Origin: Euglena gracilis
Lineage: Eukaryota
Assembly (NCBI GenBank): GCA_039621445.1
Contig: CP154954.1
Span: 35,511,703-35,575,702 of the forward strand
Direction: 5' to 3'
Length of the DNA: 64,000 nt
This document shows positions 11,328 through 20,829 of this stretch, piece after piece. The translations under genes were made by a program, and so were the position numbers. Below the pieces are notes generated by a model. That model was not told where the DNA came from and did not search any database. It worked only from the letters and a program-made list of their open reading frames with translations. How positions within the stretch are numbered: position 1 is the stretch's first letter; every line of letters begins with the position of its first letter.

Positions 11328-13639
11328 TTCCGGAAGCGGAATGGTTCACCCAACTATCGTATGTATGTTTTCATTGGTGGGATTTACCCACTAATGTACC
11401 GATTTTTGAAGATTTTTGTGGTAAAATATTACCACCCTTGCAAGAAATCATTTTTCGTGTATGTTTCTTCGATGCATTCGGAATGTCCGAATTCGCGGTG
11501 CCGAGGAAGCTCGGTAGCCCCAGGGATACCCTGGCGGTTTCCGCAGTCATCGAGAGTGCAGGTCAGCATCCTAAGTCAGCCGAATTCTGTTCGCGGATTA
11601 CCCGCGAATTTCATGGTGTACTGGAAAATCCAGTATACGCGTGCGACATCGACCCCGCGATACACGGTCCGTTCGGTGTTTGTAAGATCGAGCTTAAGGA
11701 TGGAGCCAAGCCAATGCACCGGAAATTTTTTCGTTGTTCGGGAGAACGCGAACAAGCTCTCAATGAAATGATTGAGGAGCCTATTCAGCGCAAGTGGATT
11801 GTACCCTCGAAAAGCGAGTGGACATCCCAGGCATTCGTTGTTCCTAAACCTCCAGACCCCTCAGGTCAGAAGAAATGGAGGCTGGTGCTGGATTACCGGT
11901 ACCTGAACTCCCAAACAAGGGATGATCCATTCCCGCTCCCCCTTAACGAGGATTTGATCACTAAACAATCGGAAAACCGGTTGTGGTCAATTTTCGATCT
12001 GGAGGACGGTTTTCACCAAATGCACTTACACCCTGACTCCCAACCATACATGGCATTCGTGACATCCAAGGGTGTGTACCAACGGACGGTACTCCCCATG
12101 GGTGTTAAGAATCGCCCAGCCATGTTTCAGCGCATGATACAATGGGTTCTACGCGATTTACCGTTTGCCATTGTGTACATTGATGATGTGCTGGTGGGAA
12201 CACCACCACCAACCGCAAAATCGAGCGAGGATATCCTCGTCACACATTTCCACCATGTTTGCGCGGTATTAGCCGCTTTCCAAAAACGTGTGCCCTTCGC
12301 GAAAGGCGCGAAAATGCATTTGTTTCGGATTCTCATAAAATTTTGCGGTCACATCCTCAGCAATGGACAGCGGAAAGCCGCTCCGAGTAAACTCGAAGCC
12401 ATTAAGAAATGGACCCCTGAGGTAATCAAAACGATTACTCACCTCAAAGGATTTTTGGGATTAGCCCAATACTACGCGATTTATATGAAGGACTTCGCGA
12501 AAATCGCGGTGCCCCTCACCAAACAGCTCAAAAACCGGGCTGTTGACAACACCAAAGTCATTTGGGATGACCAAATGCGCGACGCCCTTGAGAAAATCAA
12601 GGTTTTGCTTTTGGAGAATGTTGTCCTCGAAATCGCGGACCCGTACAAACCATACGTGTTAGACGTCGACAGCAGCGATTACGCTGTTGGCGGAGTTCTT
12701 AGCCAGCATAATGCGGCGAATGAGCTCCGACCTGTGGCTTTCTTCAGCAGAAAGTTACACGGCGACGATGGAAAAGGTCAAGTCAAATGGAGTATACGCG
12801 AGAAGGAAACCTACGCAATCGTGCTTATACTCCAGAAATTACAAAGCTGGGTAGCCAGCAGCCTCGTCCAGATCCTCGTCAAGACCGACCATGACAGTCT
12901 CCAATACTGGTACACCGAGGATGTGAACAAGGCCATGTCATCGGTCGGAAGGCGATGCAGATGGCATGAGTTCTTGAGTCAATTCAACCTTGTGGTTATT
13001 TATACCCCTGGACACACACAAAAAGTAGCGGATCCGCTCAGTCGGGCCCCTTGGTATTACCCTGGGAACCCGGATGAGGGAGACGCGACTTTTCATGGAA
13101 GTCAGGAAGCTGACGACTACGCACGTCGAAACGACGCTGCGGATAATCTTTTGGATTCTTTTCCCGTTTCACAACTATTCCTGGTCGCACCAGTGCGAGG
13201 AAGGCGCCGACGTGGAATCACGTCCGGGCCCCGGCGTATTACGCGCACGGAGTCCCCTTCCCCACTGTTCTTTCGCGAATGGGATTATAGTCGTGATCCG
13301 GTGTATGACACCATTGTCACCAGACTTCGTAATGGCGAAGTGCTGGACAATTTCACTCTTTCACCTTTACGGTTGGTTTTTCGCAATGAATCGGGTTACA
13401 AATATTGTATTCCCCAGGACCTGGTTGATGATGTCATTTTGTGTTATCACAACCATGGTCACCCTGGGGCCCCCAAACTTCTTTCGTTGGTGGGCCGCAG
13501 GTATTGCACAACCCTGAGCGAGAAAGAGCTTTACTCACGCTGTTTGCGAATAGCGCAACGGTGTCAGATTTGTCAAGCGGTAAAACCTCGCAGAGGTACC
13601 CCCCCTGGTACGATGGACTTTTTTCCCCGTACCCCCTGA
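11099..13639 (+). CDS. pol: Pol: Dam-like remnant, reverse transcriptase, RNase H, integrase HHCC finger
   Basis: WRLVLDYRYLN, DLEDGFHQ, LPMG, YIDD (12176-12187); RNase H VDSSDYAVGGVL, EKETYAI, KTDH, VADPLSR; HNHGHPG...CQIC. Confidence 0.95.
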   Translation: MPLPRFAHSTHHFIDTQTTITAGVRHDDHHFSNTVTHNGNTVIHHTNNRFTHPGYGESAVEKILRDEACGVILIPIIPEAEWFTQLSYVCFHWWDLPTNVPIFEDFCGKILPPLQEIIFRVCFFDAFGMSEFAVPRKLGSPRDTLAVSAVIESAGQHPKSAEFCSRITREFHGVLENPVYACDIDPAIHGPFGVCKIELKDGAKPMHRKFFRCSGEREQALNEMIEEPIQRKWIVPSKSEWTSQAFVVPKPPDPSGQKKWRLVLDYRYLNSQTRDDPFPLPLNEDLITKQSENRLWSIFDLEDGFHQMHLHPDSQPYMAFVTSKGVYQRTVLPMGVKNRPAMFQRMIQWVLRDLPFAIVYIDDVLVGTPPPTAKSSEDILVTHFHHVCAVLAAFQKRVPFAKGAKMHLFRILIKFCGHILSNGQRKAAPSKLEAIKKWTPEVIKTITHLKGFLGLAQYYAIYMKDFAKIAVPLTKQLKNRAVDNTKVIWDDQMRDALEKIKVLLLENVVLEIADPYKPYVLDVDSSDYAVGGVLSQHNAANELRPVAFFSRKLHGDDGKGQVKWSIREKETYAIVLILQKLQSWVASSLVQILVKTDHDSLQYWYTEDVNKAMSSVGRRCRWHEFLSQFNLVVIYTPGHTQKVADPLSRAPWYYPGNPDEGDATFHGSQEADDYARRNDAADNLLDSFPVSQLFLVAPVRGRRRRGITSGPRRITRTESPSPLFFREWDYSRDPVYDTIVTRLRNGEVLDNFTLSPLRLVFRNESGYKYCIPQDLVDDVILCYHNHGHPGAPKLLSLVGRRYCTTLSEKELYSRCLRIAQRCQICQAVKPRRGTPPGTMDFFPRTP

Positions 13640-13658
13640 CATTTTTACATCCCTCTGC

Positions 13659-14736
13659 ATGTATTTTCTGGAATTAGAACCGTGCAAAGGAACGGACGAC
13701 AAAATTTACGATTACGTTTTTGTTGTCGTCTGCAGGCTGAGTGGGTACATTGTAGCCATTCCATGCCAGAAGACAGGGTTGACTGCCCAAAGTTTGGCAA
13801 CTATATTTTTGGAGAAATGCATTTGCTTAATGGGTTTACCGAATGAAATAGTGAGTGATCAAGACCATTTGATTTCTTCAAGGTTTTGCAATTACTTTGT
13901 GCGGTTTACTCGGAATCGAGCAAAATTTTTCCATTATACACCGACCCAAAGGCAATGGTAGAGCCGAGGCAGCCGTGAAATCCGTCGTGAATATGCTTCG
14001 CCTTTCACTGGCTGACTCGCGCAGCAACTGGATATCAGTTCTACCATGGTCTTTGTTTTATATCAATACCCTACCAGGGTTGGTTTTACCTCACTCTCCT
14101 TATAAATTAGTTTTCGGACGGGACCCTCCGGCCATAGGGGATGTCCCTTGGGAGAGACCCGCCCGAACGAGTGTCAGTTGCGAGACCTGGTTTGCGGAAG
14201 TAGAAAATCTACGTTCTGCAGTCCAGAAGCGCGTGACTGATATTCATGCAGCAAAACGGAAATCGTTTTTGCAGAATTTCAAGTCACCTGTGTATAGTCC
14301 CGGTGACCGCGTGTGGGTACGGAATAGCCGTACTCGCATGCAGTCTTCCAAGCTGGACCCCCTCTGGCTCGGGCCCTGTGAAATCCTAGAAAGACTAGGT
14401 ACCAGCGGGCGTTACAAGGTTGCATTACCGAATGGTGTTGAGGACGTTCATATGGACGACTTCAAACCATACCTGTCACCACCGGATGGGAAACCCATCC
14501 CGTGTTTGCACTTCAAACCCCGTTCCAGATTACCTGAGACGGACGACTTTGTAGTCGATAAAATTATCGATCACAAAATCGACAACAGTATGCACCTTTG
14601 GAAGGTCCGCTGGAAAGGGTATGGGCCCGAGGAGGACACTTTGGAGCCAGCAAACAGCTTTGTTGGGTATGTCCAACAGGATTGGAAGCTGTGGAATAAG
14701 AAACATAACATTGATGTTTCCTTGACAAGTTTTTGA
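13659..14736 (+). pseudogene. Integrase core, GPY/F-like motif and C-terminal chromodomain (frameshifted; ORFs 13659-13961 and 13897-14736)
   Basis: GLPNEIVSDQD, GNGRAEAAV, GDRVWV...WLGPCEI; chromodomain FVVDKIIDH...WKVRWKGYGPEEDTLEP (about 14548-14700). Confidence 0.9.
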
Positions 14737-14898
14737 GAACGCATGGGAAACCATTGTTGTTTTCTCTTATTTTTATCATTGATTCTTATCATTCTTTCTT
14801 TCCGCATACTTTTTACCAAATAATACTCAAGCGGTTACCCTCACACACCTTACAACCAACAACCCAAACTCCCCACCGTACCGACCCCGGGCTGTATT

Positions 14899-15963
14899 AT
14901 GCTGCCCGGTGGAAGGGAGCCAGGCGGAGGACCGCCTTACCACCCCACCACTCACCCTCAACCTGACCAGTATGCGTACCGATACGGTACGCAGCCACCT
15001 GCACGGACTGCGGCTCAGGGAAACCCTGAAGCCAGCAGCAGTAGCAGGATGACCCAGATGCCCGCGGAAGCGCGGCCATCTCAGCCATCAGGCTCTCGTC
15101 GCCTCCCACCGTATGCGGGTGTGATGATCCACCGCACGGCGGAGACGATGAACCGGGTTATGCGTATGAGCGCAAACCCGGCACCAGATCAACTCACACA
15201 GGCATTGTGGGATGACCACTGCCGTAAAGTTTTGACCATCGCGAATACCCCTCCGGCCCTGTGGTGTATGTGCGCCCAGGCGACGATGACCGGTCTGGTG
15301 TATTACACCGACCCGGACGCGTCGGGATTCGCGGCAGACATTACCATGCGTGACCTGGGCGTGGAAGTTCCGCCACAGGTCGCACGGCAGGTACCACCAG
15401 TTGGCACTTACACTGCACATTTTCGTGCTCACTCCCCCGGATTACCCGAGGAAGAGACAGTGGAAGCACCTGTCCGGAGTGAACACCCACGCGTGAAAGA
15501 AAGCATTTTTAGATCCACTGAGCGCGTGCCCCGGCGGGATTATCCTGCGGAGGAGCACGTGTCTCAGTACGCCGTCTCTGGGGATTATCCCCAGGAGGCG
15601 CCAATGCCACGGGATCACTACGTATATCCACCTCAACCCCACCCAACCATACCTGATCCTATCCCACGACGTCCTGCGGAGGGAAATCCTCCCCCGACGT
15701 CTGACTCTGCCCGAAGCGCTCGTCCGCGGGAAGCCGCGGCAGCGCCTCGTGCGGCACCAGTTCCCCCGGCACAGGATGAACCCGTTAATTACCTGGCCGA
15801 AAATCGACGAGGATCTGCAAAAGTTCACAAGGGCAGGCAACGTGATCCACCGACCACCGGATGCGGTGCTCGAAGTGGTGCAGAATCGTATGAACGATCA
15901 CTGCAAACGTTTTTTCTACAGTGCCGAACTTCATGCGTTCGAGGGATACCCTCATTCGAATGA
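14899..15963 (+). CDS. Accessory ORF A of element 1 (Pro-rich, function unknown)
   Basis: 354-aa ORF inside the LTRs, downstream of integrase, preceded by a polypyrimidine tract (about 14755-14816). Confidence 0.55.
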   Translation: MLPGGREPGGGPPYHPTTHPQPDQYAYRYGTQPPARTAAQGNPEASSSSRMTQMPAEARPSQPSGSRRLPPYAGVMIHRTAETMNRVMRMSANPAPDQLTQALWDDHCRKVLTIANTPPALWCMCAQATMTGLVYYTDPDASGFAADITMRDLGVEVPPQVARQVPPVGTYTAHFRAHSPGLPEEETVEAPVRSEHPRVKESIFRSTERVPRRDYPAEEHVSQYAVSGDYPQEAPMPRDHYVYPPQPHPTIPDPIPRRPAEGNPPPTSDSARSARPREAAAAPRAAPVPPAQDEPVNYLAENRRGSAKVHKGRQRDPPTTGCGARSGAESYERSLQTFFLQCRTSCVRGIPSFE

Positions 15964-16837
15964 AGTTGTCCTGGACCAGATGCCTGGTTTCTGGGAACTG
16001 TGGTTCTGGTTGGGATACCCCTGCCATAATTTCGGCATTTTTACCGACCGAAACGGTCTGACGTATATCGATTGCCTGAATACCTGTGAAGATGGCGAAA
16101 CGTTCGTCGCACAGTTGAAGGAAATCTTCATCCACATGTTTTCAGTCAGCGCACTGGGAATCCAGTGGAAGTATTACCCCCTGCCGGAGAAACTCCAGGC
16201 GCAGGCTGCGGTAATGTTCACGAACAACCTCCAAGTCTTCTTGGACAGCATGTATGGCATGCTGTTCAAGGTACTGGACGTGGACCTCGCGTACCCCCAG
16301 CGGTACAAACTGGAATGCAAGTTTTGCAAGGAAGTCCACATCGTTGACTTCTGGGGATTCGGAGAACGCGGAAAACCGCCTCCGTCTGCCGAGAATGCCG
16401 GCAGCCAGCCGACCAGGAGATTCCTCCTGCATCAGTGCCGGAATCCCCAGATTGGAACGCAAGACCGAAAGGTGCTGAAACAACACCGGCAGAAAATATT
16501 TCTGCTGCAGCAGTACTGGCACAGGGCGTGGATTACCTACGTCCTGGAGGTCTACATATATTTCCTGGAATATATGACCGCCGATGTGGAAATCCACAGA
16601 AAGTGGTTGCCTCGGGGATACATGGAGGTGAACGCCAGACCCAATGACCCAGACCAGCGCAGGATGAACCTGCGACCAGACTGGGAAGAGGCCGAAATCG
16701 GTCTCCAGGAACACCTGGATACCCAATTCGGGAAGATCCTGATATGGGAGGATTTTCAGATGTTTTTCGCGGCGCACGAATGGGAATTCCCTCGTTACGC
16801 GTTGCATTCCTGGAAGAAACAGGAGAGTTTGGCGTGA
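15749..16837 (+). CDS. Accessory ORF B of element 1 (aromatic-rich globular region with CxxC)
   Basis: 362-aa ORF with protein-like composition; LECKFCKEVH...LHQC possible zinc ligands. Confidence 0.65.
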   Translation: MRHQFPRHRMNPLITWPKIDEDLQKFTRAGNVIHRPPDAVLEVVQNRMNDHCKRFFYSAELHAFEGYPHSNEVVLDQMPGFWELWFWLGYPCHNFGIFTDRNGLTYIDCLNTCEDGETFVAQLKEIFIHMFSVSALGIQWKYYPLPEKLQAQAAVMFTNNLQVFLDSMYGMLFKVLDVDLAYPQRYKLECKFCKEVHIVDFWGFGERGKPPPSAENAGSQPTRRFLLHQCRNPQIGTQDRKVLKQHRQKIFLLQQYWHRAWITYVLEVYIYFLEYMTADVEIHRKWLPRGYMEVNARPNDPDQRRMNLRPDWEEAEIGLQEHLDTQFGKILIWEDFQMFFAAHEWEFPRYALHSWKKQESLA

Positions 16838-18363
16838 CTGACCATTGTCGACGGCAGTGGGAAGACCTTTGCTTGATCGACGATGATCAACCACAGCCTC
16901 CACCCGAAAGCTGGGTGAGAGCGACGTGGCCGCCCCCATACCCCAACTCTGACAGGAGTGAAAGTATTAGCTTTTTCCGCCTGTCAAACGCACAAGGGTG
17001 CTACAGGAGTGGGAAAGACCCGCGCTCTGCAGCACAGCTACACGCAGCCGAATCCTCTCCGGAAGCGGATGAGGAGGAGGAGGAGGTCCCAATGGCTGAG
17101 GATGAACCTCAGCCAACGGAACCTCCGGCACGGGAAACCCGTAGCCCATCGGTAGTGATGCTGGATACTGTGGCAGAAACCGCCCAACACCCAGGATCAC
17201 AAGCAGGTGAAATGACACCTGTCCCTCTATCACCAGCCTCACTGGGTACAGCGGGTGTACCAACCCCTCCGCGGGAAAACCCGCCGGAAACGGTACCCCA
17301 CACGCCTGAGGTATTACGCCTCAAGCTCCCTGTTTCCAGGGAAAACCCGTTAACAGAGGAGCCAGCCGAGGAACCCACTTCAGGTGAGGAGAGACGCACC
17401 TCACTGGGTGGACGCGTACTCGGTGGTTTACGGTCACTGATCGCAGTAGTCACTCCACGTGGCACTGCGGCCAGTTCTTCCACAGCTGCGGCGGAAACTG
17501 CCCAGCTGACGGAAGACACATCTGACATTGCAGCCATGGTGGAGGATGAACCTCCCCCAACGGCAGCGCCACCGCCAGTGTCGGAAGCGACACGGACGGA
17601 AGGCGAACGGACAGCAATGACTGTGGAGACAATACCAGCCGTGTCAGTACAGGATGAACCTGTATCGACACCGGCGGTGCCACCAGAGGCACGGGATGAA
17701 CCCGTATCTCATGGTACAGCCACAGTCACGGCAGAGAAGCGTCAAGGCACACCTACACCGGCGCCTGAAAAACAGACCGAGCGGGCGTCCATGCCTCCAC
17801 CACAGGCTCAGCCAGCGCGAAGTGCACAGGCTAGGCCTACACCAACACCATCCCCCACGGCTACCCCTGGGAAACCTTCGGGAGCCGCGAAGGAGCGTGT
17901 AGGACGACCATCAGCTCGGGAAACCCCTGCTGAAGGTCAACGACGTTCGGCGTCGGGGAAAAGACCCCCGTCCCAAGCGTCACCACGCACGTGGGCAAGC
18001 AAGCGAGACGCCGAGCGGCGGCCCTCGGAGACTCCGGAAGCCGGAAGCCCGAAGGCCCCGGCGAAAAGTAAGCCGGGCGCCGCACCTTGCAAACCCACAC
18101 CGAAATCTGGTGATCAGCCCCCACCGAAAGGCGGTGGTGGTGCTGGCGGCCAGAGTGCTGCATCCTCTTCTCGGGGATTAACCTCGGGACAAGGATTCAC
18201 GCACGTCACGTCATCCGGCTATGGGAAAACCTCACAGCCGAAACCTCCCTCGAAGGGGCAGGGAAAATCCCGCGCCTCGACAGCCGAGACACCTCCAGAG
18301 AAGACGAAGTTGTCATCGACTGGAACGCGATCAATCAGGATGACCCTGACATTCATGACCTGA
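16744..18363 (+). CDS. Accessory ORF C of element 1 (Pro/Ala/Thr/Glu-rich, likely disordered)
   Basis: 539-aa low-complexity ORF overlapping ORF B. Confidence 0.6.
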   Translation: MGGFSDVFRGARMGIPSLRVAFLEETGEFGVTDHCRRQWEDLCLIDDDQPQPPPESWVRATWPPPYPNSDRSESISFFRLSNAQGCYRSGKDPRSAAQLHAAESSPEADEEEEEVPMAEDEPQPTEPPARETRSPSVVMLDTVAETAQHPGSQAGEMTPVPLSPASLGTAGVPTPPRENPPETVPHTPEVLRLKLPVSRENPLTEEPAEEPTSGEERRTSLGGRVLGGLRSLIAVVTPRGTAASSSTAAAETAQLTEDTSDIAAMVEDEPPPTAAPPPVSEATRTEGERTAMTVETIPAVSVQDEPVSTPAVPPEARDEPVSHGTATVTAEKRQGTPTPAPEKQTERASMPPPQAQPARSAQARPTPTPSPTATPGKPSGAAKERVGRPSARETPAEGQRRSASGKRPPSQASPRTWASKRDAERRPSETPEAGSPKAPAKSKPGAAPCKPTPKSGDQPPPKGGGGAGGQSAASSSRGLTSGQGFTHVTSSGYGKTSQPKPPSKGQGKSRASTAETPPEKTKLSSTGTRSIRMTLTFMT

Positions 18364-18374
18364 AAAACAGGTAC

Positions 18375-19517
18375 ATGATGATCGCACATAAATTGAGGAC
18401 ACAGCAATGCCTTAACCGGTGGATTGAGCCACTGTTCTGTCAGGGACGGAAATGGTCCTTTGATCAGAATGTGACCTGGAATTATTACAATTCCAGATCT
18501 CCCCGTGTTTTGGCCCAATTCTTCGGTGAGGAATTCCTCATCGACAAAACAACAGAAAACCGTTTTGTATGGCTTTGCACTGTCTGCCACAAGATGTACA
18601 ACAGTGCACTTGACCTGGGATTACCCCTCGTCCATGTGTGCAACCCTGTGGATCGGAAATCGTTCCACAAGGATGTATACATCCCTAACTGTGCCGCCTT
18701 GGTATGCGCCAAGTGCGTGGACAGTTGGACCCACAAGCACAATTTCAGCTACACAGACGGAGACGGTACGAATGTACCAGTTCTCTGCGTCAACTGCCTT
18801 CGAGGTACCTTTTGGCACACTGCGGAAGGCGCAGTACGCACAAGCGTGCCAAGTGCCGAGAAGCCACTGGAGGAATACTCCACCTTGAACAAAAAGTTCA
18901 AGGACTTTTTCAAGTATGCCAACCTCAAGCTCGACGACTACCGCCACACCGGAATGGCCCGTGGGTGGCAGATCGACAGTGGGGCGATACGCCTCGCTGC
19001 TGAGGAAGCAGGGGTAAGATTACCTTACCTCTGGGAAACAGCAGACAGGGAAAAGATACTTTTCCGCCTGTTCCAAAACCAGGACCGAAACGGTCGCTGG
19101 TGTCAGCCACAATGGCCACCCGAAAGCCACGGGATGACCTGGAAAGACTGGCTTGGGGCCGTATTACGACCCCATACAGTCCGCGCGGAATGCGCCTATC
19201 ATATGCCGATTGACTTCCACCCGGGGAATGCCCCGCAGATGTCAGCCAATCACCCAAGGATGAACTACTTCATCTGGCCAGCCACTCTACCCAGGAAATT
19301 CTGGGAGAAGCTGCAATGGTTCCTCGCGGAAAGAGCGAGTGTAACCAAGCACACAGTCCCCGAAGGATGGGTTCGGGACTGGGTGGCACCTGATTTCGAT
19401 TACGAATCGCCAGAAACCTGGCTCGTAGATAGGCCACCACCACCTCAATTCCAGATGGTCCTTGTGGAAGATCCCTTGGACTCCCGCCATGATTATTGGT
19501 GGCTGGAACGGATGTAA
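18375..19517 (+). CDS. Accessory ORF D of element 1 (Cys-rich, RING-like spacing)
   Basis: 380-aa ORF; CTVC...VHVC...NCAALVCAKC...CVNC (18576-18797); frame is open upstream into ORF C. Confidence 0.65.
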   Translation: MMIAHKLRTQQCLNRWIEPLFCQGRKWSFDQNVTWNYYNSRSPRVLAQFFGEEFLIDKTTENRFVWLCTVCHKMYNSALDLGLPLVHVCNPVDRKSFHKDVYIPNCAALVCAKCVDSWTHKHNFSYTDGDGTNVPVLCVNCLRGTFWHTAEGAVRTSVPSAEKPLEEYSTLNKKFKDFFKYANLKLDDYRHTGMARGWQIDSGAIRLAAEEAGVRLPYLWETADREKILFRLFQNQDRNGRWCQPQWPPESHGMTWKDWLGAVLRPHTVRAECAYHMPIDFHPGNAPQMSANHPRMNYFIWPATLPRKFWEKLQWFLAERASVTKHTVPEGWVRDWVAPDFDYESPETWLVDRPPPPQFQMVLVEDPLDSRHDYWWLERM

Positions 19518-20392
19518 TGCCGAAACGGCATTACCAGGCTCATGTAAGGTAAGTGCCTTCATGGAGCCTGGACATCCATATACTATACATATATATATAC
19601 ATTGGTAGCGGAAATCGCTGAACAGCCCTGGGATGAACCTGGGTGTGACACTCTAGGCTCTGGATGGAAGCATCCGAGAGCCCCTCTACCAATGGCCGTG
19701 CGGACGGAAACCGTCTGCAAGAGGTAATTGCCTCTTATTGCGTCGTGAAGGAGCTACTGCTGTGAAGACCTTGGCAGCCGGGAAACCTGGCAAGCCGCTA
19801 AGTGACACACAGCATACAGCGCGCACGCCGTAATAATAGGCCAACTTGTCACTTTTCGGCCCTAAGGCCCCTTAAGGCTGCCAGACAGCAAAAATTCTGT
19901 TCTGGCCTAAGCCAGCCGCCCTCTCCTCCCTACTTTCCCCCACCCCTGCAAAGGTGTCGCCGGCAGTCGGTTTTGTAAGTAGGCTTTTGTTTCCTAGTGC
20001 GGATATGACCGCCTAGGAGCCCTATCCGGGTATGACCAGGATAGGAGCCTGCCCCCCCCTTCCACACCTCTCCCCTCGGGTTTTCAGCGAATCGCTTGAC
20101 CAACCCCGCGTGCCTTTGGCACACCCAAAGTGGGTGGATGGGACACTTTGTCAGGAAACCTGCCAAGCCCCGTTTCCCACAGTGGGCTTTTTCACACCCC
20201 ACCTAAGCCGAAACGGCTAATAGGTAACCGCGAAACGCGGCTAACCTTTTGCGCGTTTTTGGGCTTTGGGTGGATGCCACTGTGCGGAAAGGAGATACAC
20301 CGAATGGAGAAGTGAACCCCACCTAGGGCAGCGTCAGATATCCTGACTGGACTGGGAAACCCTGGTCCATGAAGGAAATCGGGTGTAGCCCT

Positions 20393-20402
20393 GGGAGGGG
20401 GA
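20393..20402 (+). promoter_or_regulatory. Polypurine tract of element 1
   Basis: GGGAGGGGGA immediately 5' of the 3' LTR. Confidence 0.85.
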
Positions 20403-20829
20403 TGTGTACCAGGCACGTCCCAGCTCTGTAGGATATCTGCAGAGTGGGTTCTGTGACGGTCACACCACTGTGGAAACCCACAGCTGGTAAGATCGTGGCA
20501 GACCCTTCTGGGATCTGCCCCTGGACACGTCAGCACTTTTCTCTCCTTCCCCCACAGGTGGTATTCTTTACTCTCACAATCTCAAAGTTTGACAATTGGT
20601 TTTGTCAGAGGGAAAAACCCTCGGAACAATCGACTTTGATCTCAGAAGAAACTTCCGAATCTTTGCTTTGTGCTTGCCTCTTGGGGAATTGGGAAGAAAA
20701 GGGGAAAACCACTTTTCGTTACTCCAAAGACTTTTCCCTACCATAAGTAGGTTGCGCACCAAGGCGAAAGCGAAAGGCTTTTACAGAAAGTCCCAAAAAG
20801 GGGAAAAGGGAAAGCTTTGGACGTACACT
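20403..20829 (+). repeat. 3' LTR of element 1
   Basis: Direct repeat of 5735-6162, followed by TSD CTTAC and resumption of the satellite in register. Confidence 0.95.

Larger units (their letters stand above)
5735..20829 (+). mobile_element. Full-length Ty3/Gypsy (chromovirus-type) LTR retrotransposon, element 1, 15.1 kb
   Basis: Direct LTRs 5735-6162 and 20403-20829; 5-bp TSD CTTAC (5730-5734 and 20830-20834); PBS; PPT; domain order gag-PR-RT-RNaseH-IN-chromodomain. Confidence 0.97.

Noticed and set aside
14899-19517. env gene (errantivirus-like)
   Set aside because: No evident signal peptide, furin site plus fusion peptide, or C-terminal transmembrane segment.
19518-20392. Short TA run and small hairpins in the element 1 3' untranslated region as an ncRNA
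   Set aside because: Stems are short and match no family I recognise; not supportable without covariation data.
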